Origin: Eledone cirrhosa
Lineage: Eukaryota
Direction: 5' to 3'
DNA length: 64,000 nt
Assembly (NCBI GenBank): GCA_964016885.1
Contig: OZ024740.1
Coordinates: 311,798,001 to 311,862,000 of the forward strand
This document shows positions 53,805 through 64,000 of this stretch, piece after piece (positions within the stretch are counted from its first letter, which is position 1; each line of letters opens with the position of its first letter). The notes beneath the pieces are model-generated. The model saw only the letters and a list, made by a program, of their open reading frames with translations, made no database searches and was not told the origin of the DNA. A program made the translations under genes and the position numbers.

Positions 53805-54750
53805 TGGTAGAGATGTAATTACGGTATGTACACGTTTCTTCTAAGTTTAAATTTACACCTAATTGTGTATGGTTGACGGTATATTTAGTCACTTTCTACA
53901 TGCTGTTGAAATGTTGGGTAAATACTCTATTGGGGTCACCGCGAAGAGGTCGCTTTAGGTTATCTATGAAATATTTCTTCATTGGAGCCTTTATTCTTAT
54001 AGCCTGGTCTAATTGATTTTTTATATGGTTAATTATGCTAATTGGGAGAGGAAATGGTATATATTTTATCTAATAATTCTAAGGACATGATTTATGATAT
54101 ATTGCTCTGATTATTTAATTTATTAATTCTTCTTGAGCCACAACGTGACCGGTTGCCACATATATATCTGTGACTTTATGTATATGTAAATCTTTATATT
54201 TAATAATCTCCCGTTGGGTTGAGATGCAATTGGGCGATATTGGGCTGCGCTTTCTAGCAACCAGCCTACCCGCCGTAAGCAACTAATCACATTCTTTCTA
54301 ACTTGACCACTGCCACGTCACGATTCTTAGGCATTTTTGAATTTATTTTTGGCGCGATCGCTTTGGAAAATTAACTGTCCGACTGAGTTTGTCTCCTGAC
54401 GAGTCTGTTACTCTAGGTTCATCCTTAACAGTAGGATATCTAAAAATACGGACGAAACCATGGTAGAGATGTAATTACGTTATGTACACGTTTCTGCTAA
54501 GTTTAAATTTACACCTAATTGCGTATGGTTGACGGTATATTTAGTCAGTTTCTACATGCTGTTGAAATGTTGGGTAAATACTCTATTGGGGTCACCGTGA
54601 AGAGGCCGCTTTAGGTTATCTATGAAATATTTCTTCATAGGAGCCTTTATTCTTATAGCCTAGTCTAATTGATTTTTTATATGGTTAATTATGCTAATTG
54701 GGAGAGGAAATGGTATATATTTTATCTAATAATTCTAAGGACATGATTTA

Positions 54751-54758
<8 letters not shown>
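53805..54758 (+). mobile_element. Retrozyme-like non-coding element, 1.45 copies of a 656-bp unit in (TA)n
   Basis: 53805-54102 is repeated at 54461-54758. An HHR spans the unit junction, and there is no meaningful ORF. Confidence 0.85.
54391..54470 (+). ncRNA. Type I hammerhead ribozyme with intact core, predicted cleavage after 54465
   Basis: GTCTC-CTGACGA-GTCTGT...ACGGAC-GAAA-CCATGG-TA^GAGAT. Confidence 0.88.
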
Positions 54759-54791
<33 letters not shown>

Positions 54792-54848
54792 GTAGTAACA
54801 TGTGCTTACAAAGCCTGCTTGTGTCTCCTTATTTATATAAATGTATAA

Positions 54849-54921
<73 letters not shown>

Positions 54922-55436
54922 AAATACGGGAGGTTTTATCCAAGTTGGTAGAGCACTCAGTCAAAAAGATGAGTTCGGTACAGAGTTAGTTCCACAACAA
55001 ATTAGCAAACCATATTTGAGGACACGTGTTTCATCGGAGGGATCCATCTATCTCTCTCTCTCTATATATATATATACATACATATATAATGGACCTCAGC
55101 AGGATCGCAGGCTTCCGACGATGATTGTTCCAGTTGTTTGTTCAATAGAGCGGCCAACACGCGGAATTAGAGCGAAAGTGACTTAGTATTCCATTGACAC
55201 GTGAACCCTTAACGCAGTTCTCATGAAGATTCGGCATGACATAATATAACAAGGCTGATCCCTTGAATTACAGGTATAGCCCATTTAATCGGCACCTAGA
55301 CAGCTTCTATCTATGCAATTTCACTCACAAGGCTTGGGGTTGATTAAGCTATATTAAAGACACTTATCCAAGATGCTGCGCAGTAGATAGATATTTTTCT
55401 TTATTATTATTTATTCATAGATAGACAGATATATAG

Positions 55437-55558
<122 letters not shown>

Positions 55559-56956
55559 TGATTGATCAACATAGATTACACGGGCAGATGGATACATCGG
55601 ACATTTAGAAACATAAATCAAATTACCAATCGATTTAAAGATGGGAATCAATTTAATCAATATCTGAATGTCTAAAAGTGTTAAAAGCTATTAATTATTC
55701 ACTAGATTTTTCTACGTGTTTCTAGTGTTTGACTGACATCGTTCATTACTCGCTGTCGTCCATAATGCAGAGTGACAAAACCATTCTGAAGCTTAATTAA
55801 GAGTAAAATTGGCTTTTAATGATTCTGTCATCATACATGGATCTGTATAAAATGTCGTTTACACTCCATACAAAAAAAGTAAGTGACAGATAGGAATGTA
55901 TTGGAAAACAAATTTTACGAAGAATAAAATATAAGGGAATATTATGAGAGTTCTTAACTATTCCTGGTTGACTAATATTGTCTTTTTTCTTCCCCACATA
56001 CTTATGTTTTTTGTCATTTTAATGCTTTCGGCATTAAATTTGCCGACAGAAACTTAACTAATGTTGTTGTTTTTTCCAAGCAGATTTATTCTCTAAACTC
56101 GTTTTTCGTGTGAATGATGTCCCTGAGTTATTTATTTGCTAAACAATTATTTTTCTACCCCAACCAGGGTACAATTTTTCATATTTTCATGCACTCCTTC
56201 AGCAAGTGTGATGAAGTGTCTGCTTCGTTGATGAGGTCATAATAAAAAGGAAACATTTCGATGTTGTCTCCCCATTTGCTGACATAAATAAATTAATTGT
56301 TAGTTATTAATAGTATCATTATTTTCTTCACTGCATAATTATTTTATAGTTAACTTTTTAATACTCCCTCATTAAATATATTATCACAAATTTAACAAAA
56401 AGTTATTGTAGCTTGGCTGTGGCATGAAAAATTCATTTGCTTAGGCTACAACAATGAACCATCTATTTCCCAAAAATACCACTCTTACACAAAAAGATAT
56501 AACATTCTGACCAATTTCTTTATTCTTTTTTTACCTTCACCTTGGTCTTCATCTTAGTTCCAGATGAAAGGTGTTTTTCTCTATCCAGTTTTAAATCTTT
56601 TTTGTTTGGGCTATCAAATAGAAAATATTAATTAATTAATTAATTAAAATATCTACGGAATTTTATTTCCCCCATTCAATCTATTTTCCTCTGATTTCAC
56701 ATAGTAGCCATAATCTAATGTGTGGTATATCTCTTAGGTATAACTTTTATTATTTTCTTTGTATTAATTTCATTACTACAACATAAATCGTTTACTTGCA
56801 ATGTTTTATTATGATTGCTACGAAGTAACTAAGTATGAAATAAATTTTCTCTTCAAGAAGAAAGATGGATTAATTAATTATACATTAATTAAGTAGTTAA
56901 TTTTAAGTTTTAAAAGTCATTATTTAATGTACAAGTTTGTTTTTATTCTCTTTTAG

Positions 56957-57054
56957 TGTTTGCTTTCAAAGATTGTCTACCAAATGGATCTTGGTTCCGC
57001 CATCCAGTATCCAACATTTACTGGACCAATTATACTCCCTGTTTTAAAGATGTG
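56957..57054 (+). CDS. Class B GPCR exon, hormone-binding domain part 2 (calcitonin/CGRP/DH31-receptor-like)
   Basis: TTTTAG acceptor and GTAAGA donor; 98 bp, phase 1-0; encodes VFAFKDCLPNGSWFRHPVSNIYWTNYTPCFKDV. Confidence 0.93.
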
Positions 57055-57134
57055 GTAAGATTTAACATAAAACACATTTTTCAAATAAATTCTTTGACCT
57101 TAAGTCAACTTCAAAGAGTAAAACCTTTCACTAT

Positions 57135-57384
57135 ATATTGTTATACTTTGGGAGCGTCATGTTGCCAATAAAAACACACGCACCTGTTGGTTTTCCCTTC
57201 AATTTATTATTTTAAAAAACAAGATGGTGTAGGACAGAACAAAGGAGAGACAAAAAAAAAAACCTAGTCACCTTCCGGTTATCGAACCAACTTGCCAACC
57301 GGAAATTTATAATAAATTGAAGTGAAAACCGACAGGTGCGTGTGTTTTTATTGGCAACATGACCCTCCCAAAGTATAACAATAT
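57135..57384. mobile_element. MITE-like element with ~75-bp inverted repeats
   Basis: 57135-57210 is the near reverse complement of 57309-57384. Confidence 0.75.
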
Positions 57385-57868
57385 CTGTTTCAACACACGT
57401 TTCCAGATAAGAAATCTCGCAAAACAAATTCAAAAACGAACTTTCACTATATAATTTTACATAAAAGAAAGTAAAAGTGTTATAAACCTTTTTTCTTTTT
57501 TAGATACAGCTCACTGAAGAACACTTATACACTAACTTATTAAAGCCAACGAAGGGGCTTCTACGTGGTGCATCAATCGACTAAAAATAACAACCAAATC
57601 TCCTTCAAGTAACACCTTACCGTCTTAAAACGGGAAGGACACATCAGATAACGTATTCTGAATTATTCTATACGTCTTAAAAAATATGAGATGACCATGA
57701 CTAGAATACCTTTGATCAAAGGTCTTGCTCATTCTGGGCTGACTTGAGATAAACAACAACAACAGCAACAAAAGCAACAACAATAGTAAAATAAACAGTG
57801 ACAATAATCTTATTCGGTCTGAAATTCAAGCATTATATGTGATTGTAAATTCATTATATATATTGATT

Positions 57869-58062
57869 AGGGCGGTGGATTGGCAGTATCAGTAGAGAGT
57901 CGGACACCATGTTTTGCAGCATAGAGTTACGGCCCTTTACGGTCTTAGTTCGAATCCCACCGAGGTTAACTTTGCCTTTCATCCTTACGGCGTCGATAAA
58001 ATAAGGTACCAGTAATGCACTGGGGTAATTGCTGCACTTGTGCCAAAAGTAGAAACAATTAT
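57869..58062 (+). mobile_element. Family A SINE, full length
   Basis: Matches family consensus. ATTATATGTGATTGT occurs on both sides (57832 and 58058), although not immediately adjacent on the left. Confidence 0.9.
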
Positions 58063-58098
58063 ATGTGATTGTCTTATAAATGTAATGGTCACGTACCT

Positions 58099-61000
58099 CA
58101 GTGGTCGCCAACCTTTCTAAAACCGAGGAACCCTCTAAATATTTTGAATTCTTCACGGAACCTATACAATACAAAACTTTTCAAACAAAAATAATAAAGT
58201 ATTTATTTATTTTAGTGTTTCATGCGTGTGTATGTAATCGAACACAATTAACTAGTGACTTTTCTGCTGCTGCGCCTAATCAGTGAGTTTAGAAAATCGA
58301 GGTTCAACACTAGTTAATGCCAGTCTCATACACTCGTCAATTGCTGACAGTTTATTCATCTTCTTTGTGCTGATTTCTACCAACTGCGAAAACTCTTTTT
58401 CGCACAAGTAGCTAGATGGGAATAAAGTCAAATATTTCAATGCAAGTTGGCTGATTTCATTAAACTACCCAATCAAGAATAAGTCGATCCATAGTTCTTT
58501 CTTTCTGCTTTCGAATATCACTTTCAGGTCTTCGTTTGAATTCAAATCCATCAACTGATGTAAGCATTGTGCAGGTAGTAAATTTTTACAATTTCCAGCG
58601 TCATTTTCTGACACTAACTGCTCGATCTCGGTGAACGGGTTTTTTATCCATAAATATCTTTTTCCATCAAGTCAAAATAATCTGAAAAACTTGTGGAAAG
58701 CACATTTAAATGAGAAAGAATAATCTTCTTTAGATTGCTGGAGTCAAAATCTTCTCTCTTTTTAAGCTCTATTTCAAGGTTTGAAAGTAATGAGTAATTG
58801 TCGGATTCAATTCTTTGTATAAAGATGTTTAATTTTGATTGAAAATATGTAATAAAATTGATTGAAGTAAAAATATCTGCATTGTTACCCTGAAAACACT
58901 TATTTAGTTTGTTCAGTTCACCAAAAATGTCTACTAAATAAGCGAGTTGCACATTCCATTCATTGGTTTCTAATACACTTGCTCTTTCATCATTCTGTTT
59001 TTTTTAGAAAAACTATTATTTCTTCTCTCAGTTCAAAATCTCTCTTCATAGCATCCCCAAAAGACAGCCAACGCACATCATTGTTCAATAACAATCTATT
59101 ATAATTACTTCCAGATGATTCACAAATAGATTCAAACATTCTAGAATTTTTTGCTCTTTCATGGATCAAATTGATAATTTTGACAATGTCTTTAAGCTGG
59201 TCATTTAATATTTGAGCATCTCTGTCTTTGAATTTTTTTGAACACAAAACCTCTCGATGAATCATACAAGGATTTGAAATACAATTTGTGGTCTGTTCTT
59301 TAATTTTTGCAATCAAACCAGAATTTTTACCAGTCATTGCAGCTGCTCCATCTGTTGTTATTGAAGTCAACTTGCTCCAAGATACACCATTTTTTAAAAA
59401 ATACTCTTCAATTTTATTGAATATATCTTGACCTTTAGTTGTGTTGTCTATACCAGACAAAACAAATACTCTTCTACTAATTCTTTTTTATCAAGGTCTA
59501 CAAACCGTACATAGCAAATTAATTGAGCCTTGTTACTAATATCCGTAGTTTCGTCCACTTGCAAACCAAAACATGTGCTTTTCTTTAGTGCAGTTAGTAT
59601 CTGATTTTCTATATCAGAAGAAATATCAATTATCCTTCTTTTTACGGTATTTGCTGACAATGGTAACTGGCTTAATTTTTCTTTCTCCTTAATACTGCAG
59701 CTTTCAAAAAGATTCTCTGTAGCAATTTTTATACTTGGCAGAATTAACTGTTCTCCTAATGTAAATGGTTTCTTGTTTTTACCAATCAAATGTGAAATTT
59801 CAAAAGATGTTCTTGTTAAAGCTTTATTTCTATCTGACTTTTTACAAAACAAGTCATACATATTAGCTTGTGATTTGTTGATGTTGTTTGATGTAAAGTA
59901 TTCCAGTGACTTGTTTTTATCATTGGTGTGATTAGTATCAAGGTGTCTTTTAAGTTTTGCAGGATTTAAACAGCTATTTGATAGAACTTTTGAACATAGC
60001 AAACACATGGGCTGATCTGGTGTATCTTTTTTAGTGTCAGCTTTTTGAAATCCATATCTAACATAATCATCACACCACTGTCTAACCTTGCTGCTGGTAT
60101 CTAACTTCAGCTTCTTTGCAGTAGACATCATGTCAATGTTATTTATCTACAGTTAACATTTTTAATATGACATTAATAAACAAGAGAAATTAAGTTTTTT
60201 TTATTACAAAAAGTACTTAAATTAACTTTAATTTTATATATTTGGAAAAACTTAAGTAGTTAAAAAAAAATTTTAATTTTTAAAAATTGAAATTTCTGCA
60301 TTTTAGGATGGCAAACATATTATTTAAAGTCTTATAATAATATTAAAATATTAGGGGTTACTGAAAAAGGTGCAAATTTATAAACAACTAGAAGAAATTT
60401 TTTTCAGAGTCCAGCACTTCCTGCATATACTACTTTAGGGTCGTATTAAATATTATTGGTAATGTAAATATATTTAAATATCCGCCATACTAAGAGGTGC
60501 AAAAAATGAAAATCAGCTGATAGTGTAGAAAATGTGACGATGGTATTGGAAATTAATTCAGATATCTTTTATCTATTTTGACTCAAAGTTAGATATAATA
60601 TAAGAAGGCTTTAGGCTGCGTTAAACATATATTAGATTGGAACAAATAAAGTTTAGTCAAATGTTTGTGGACATATATATTTATTATATAAAGTAATTTC
60701 TCAATTGTGAATGCAGATGTCATCAAATGAATACATAATTGTGTGGCAAAGTTTATAGTGTATGCATGGAATACAAAATTACCTTTGTTAGTAGTCGAAA
60801 CTTTACAGGCGTTATATTTTCTGTGCAAAGTACAACAGAATGTAACGTGTTCTTATTTAGAATTGCCTGTGGAACTGGATGCATGTTGAAAACGACTAGT
60901 AAGCGAGTTCACTCTGTGAGGAAACTTTAGGCGACTTTAAAGCTTTTGTGAGGACAGCAGATTAAAACGTGTTCTCTATTGAAAACATTCTACTGAACTT

Positions 61001-61450
61001 ACGTTGTGAGAACAGCGAACTGATCCTGTCTCTCGGCTGAGAGACCTCGCTGAACTGAAGTTTTCAGTTTAAAGTTATTCTGTCATCGACCAACATTTAC
61101 TTGTTCGTGATTGGTCAATTTCTAAGTTCAATTAGTAGTAGTCAAATTCTCGGAATTCAGAAAACTATGTCTTTCCAAGAATTGATGTGAAATTGAAAGT
61201 ATTCAATTTTCACGAATCTCAGAACAGTGTTTTTCTGCTAATTCAAGTGAGAAACTGAAAGTAGTGTTTTCCACGAATTGGAGTGGAGAACCTGTGTACA
61301 CTACAATAGTACTCGTTCATTTATACATTGCACCTTTGGCATTTTCTTTGCACCTTTTTCAGAAAACCCAAAATATTAATGGTAATGTAAATATTTATTT
61401 TTTTAAGGAACCCGGAGTTTGTTTTACGGAACCCATGTTGGCGACCACTG
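58099..61450 (-). mobile_element. Buster/Charlie-type hAT transposon with TIRs and 8-bp TSD
   Basis: CAGTGGTCGCCAAC...GTTGGCGACCACTG; TSD ACGTACCT/ATGTACCT (one CpG-type mismatch). Confidence 0.95.
58280..60131 (-). pseudogene. hAT transposase (BED finger + DDE), frameshifted
   Basis: PMCLLC..LNPAKLKRHL..H, KPFTLGEQLILP, FGLQVDETTD, ITTDGAAAMTG, CMIHRE, VRWLS, LAYLVDIF, FPSSYLCE. Confidence 0.92.
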
Positions 61451-62007
61451 ATGTACCTGACGATATTTACTACAGTTCTTGACAGGAATAATAATGTATC
61501 TGCCGTGTTTTCTGTCAATTTAGTTAATTTTGGAGTTGTTTAACGTAAAAGACCAGACAAAGTTGTAAAAGTTTAATTAAGTTAGTGTCGACATATCTAA
61601 GGCAAGAGGTATAAAAAGTCAATGACAAATAATTATGCGGCAAAATAAAATCCTTATTAACCAATGAATAACATTTTCATTTTCTGGCTTGTACGGGAGA
61701 GAACCAAAGAATGAAGATCGAGTTGGCCACCCGCAGGAGTGAGGCCCATGAGTTGGAATGTATATTTCAACACGTTTTCCTCGCCATCTTCCGTGGCAAT
61801 TCTTTCTCCTTTCTGGCCACTGGGACTACGAGTCTGCATACGCTCGGAGTTCTACATGCCAGAGAGCGTTGCCCCACACTGTAGTTATAATACCACCACT
61901 ACCAACAACAACGGTATGTCTGTTAAAGCAAATAGATATACAATTTACTCCCAAAATGTCAAGATATCATTTTGATTTTCTGAATCCATCAAAGAAGCGG
62001 AGATTTC

Positions 62008-62418
62008 ATAGCTTCTTATGGCATCAAGCCAACAATTTTAGGGGAGGGGGAAGTCGATTAATTTGACCCCAGTGCGTTACTGGTACTTTATTTTATCGAC
62101 CTCGTAAGGATGAAAGGCAAAGCTAACCTCGGCAGGATTTGAAATCAGAACATAAAGGGCCGTAACTTTATGCCTTGAAGCATGATGTCCGACGCTCTAC
62201 CGATACTGCTAATCCACTGCTATCCAACAAATTTTAATAATGGCTTCTGATTTAGGCCAACAATTTTAGGGCAAGGGAAAGTCGAGTAAAACGACCCCAG
62301 TGCGTTACTGGTACTTTATTTTATTGACCTCATAAGGACCAAAGCTAACCTTAGCGTCGGACACTTGCCTTGAAGCATGGTGTCCGACGCTCTACCGATA
62401 CTGCCAATCCATCGCCCT
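62008..62418 (-). mobile_element. Two tandem family A SINEs
   Basis: Consensus core occurs twice; the second copy is internally deleted. Confidence 0.88.
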
Positions 62419-62635
62419 GCAACCAATCTTAATAATGATATATCTTTCAAAGAGATAAAAAAAAAAGGATTGTTTGAATGAAACAGTAGCAGCAAGTCGT
62501 TGATAAAACAAATTCTATTTATTTTCATTTTTCAGACTATTTTTTCGCAGAGCCCTCTTCATACAGTTCTTTTTCTACAACTCTTTAATAATTGTTATTT
62601 TTTAACCAAAAAGAAAATTTTGTTTTCTGTTTTAG

Positions 62636-62730
62636 CGCTTACCTGAAATTGTAGCGTCTGTCTTCATCTGGGGTCACGTGGTTTCCGTCGTAGCTTTGAT
62701 TATTTCAATGGCAATCTTCAGTTACTTCAG
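62636..62730 (+). CDS. Class B GPCR exon encoding TM1
   Basis: TTTTAG acceptor and GTCAGT donor; 95 bp, phase 0-2; encodes RLPEIVASVFIWGHVVSVVALIISMAIFSYF(R). Confidence 0.9.
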
Positions 62731-62763
62731 GTCAGTGAAGAAATTTAGTTTCAAAATGTCTTT

Positions 62764-62849
<86 letters not shown>

Positions 62850-62945
62850 CTGTTGTTGTTACTGCTGCTGTTGCTGCTGCTGCTTCTCTTCTTCCTCCAC
62901 CCGTTGTTGTTGCTGCTGTTGTTACTGCTGTTGCTGGTGTTGTTA
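62764..62945. repeat. Compound (ACT)n(GCT)n(GTT)n microsatellite just downstream of the TM1 exon
   Basis: Directly visible. Confidence 0.9.
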
Positions 62946-64000
62946 TGTCGATTAGCAAACGTCAATATTCTAAGAATGCGCTAGCGCTAACATGCTCTCT
63001 TAAAGATAACGTGTTGGCACATGCATGCCACAAATTGGTTGAGGCGCCATCCATCCAACTCCCCTTATGTAGGCACATGGAAACCCTTTTTGTTCTGTGC
63101 AAAACAGGGATATATCACCTTCCTATTTGTCCTTCTTTAGTTAAAATATTCAGGCAAAGAGGTATGTTCTTTCTCGGCGTACATCTTCCACACTTTTGCC
63201 TAGAGTAGGCTCGTATCAATAATCTCCATTCAACTCGATACGCTAGCAAAATATGAGTAGCTCTTGTTAGTAATGTTTTTGTGATTGTTTGCACTATTTT
63301 TGTCATTTAATTTAACGTTTTGTATCTTTTAAATTGTATATACGGGTGTTTGTGCTTGAAACCGTGCCTGCTTCTTAGGTTGCTTTTACATATCTGCTTT
63401 TGTATTTAACAAAAGGGGGACAAGGGGACTATTGGCTGCTACTACTACTGTAGCTAGCATCTTTTCTTGCTACTATAGAGATGGCTCTTTTGGAATATAC
63501 ACTAAAATACAATTAGTGATTTGCAAAATTGTAAGCACAGTTAAAACAACGTTAGAGATGAACCGTTTTCCCATCCCAAATAGTAAGGTTGATCTTCAAA
63601 TAAGCTGAAAGTATTTCATTAGTAAACCTGGAATAAGAAACGTTTCATTCGTTAATCTGGGAAAATCTTCTTCTAAAAGGAAGCTCTGCTGAACACGTGC
63701 ATTCATATGAACAAACAAATACAACAACAACAATAACAATAACAACAATAGCAACAACAGTAACAACAACAGTAACAACAACAACAATAATAATAATAAT
63801 AGTAATAATGTAACAGAAATTCATACAGTAAGCTGTATAAAGCTGCTTCATATTTTTGAGCATCCATTAATCTTGATCGTGTAACATTTTGTATGATGAT
63901 GTTTGGAAAATCTTAATGCACCTCTCAGCTGCGAAATAAAAACACCGACCATAACGACAGTAATAAAATATTCTTTCTACAAAGCGTATACCAGTCGATT

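Noticed and set aside
62678-63208. 176-aa ORF with signal-like start and poly-T/poly-A
   Set aside because: Only the start is real (TM1 exon); the rest is read-through into an intronic microsatellite past the donor at 62731.

Overview
AT-rich, microsatellite-dense metazoan DNA. The SINE families and repeat landscape suggest an Octopus-like cephalopod, which is inference only. Most of the window is nested transposon debris. Retroelements: at least six GIY-YIG Penelope-like element (PLE, Naiad-type) pieces sitting in (TA)n tracts, a near full-length Tx1-clade LINE plus a 5'-truncated copy, and RTE, CR1, CRE and R4/Dong LINE fragments, a Gypsy remnant and many tRNA-derived SINEs. DNA transposons: a Helitron, a Mariner and three hATs. 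Three short + strand exons (48409-48510, 56957-57054, 62636-62730) have canonical splice sites and matching phases and encode the hormone-binding domain and TM1 of a class B (calcitonin/DH31-receptor-like) GPCR. Read by eye, the window holds about ten distinct hammerhead ribozyme (HHR) motifs plus three mirror copies. Several have very long stem II domains and one has a U3-A8 core variant. There are also 2-3 non-coding partial-tandem retrozyme-like elements with 516-656 bp units; one carries an intact HHR in the sense strand of a GPCR intron. The Tx1 family appears to insert into (ATT)n, including the tails of related elements. All calls are manual: no searches or folding were run, and boundaries of degenerate elements are approximate.
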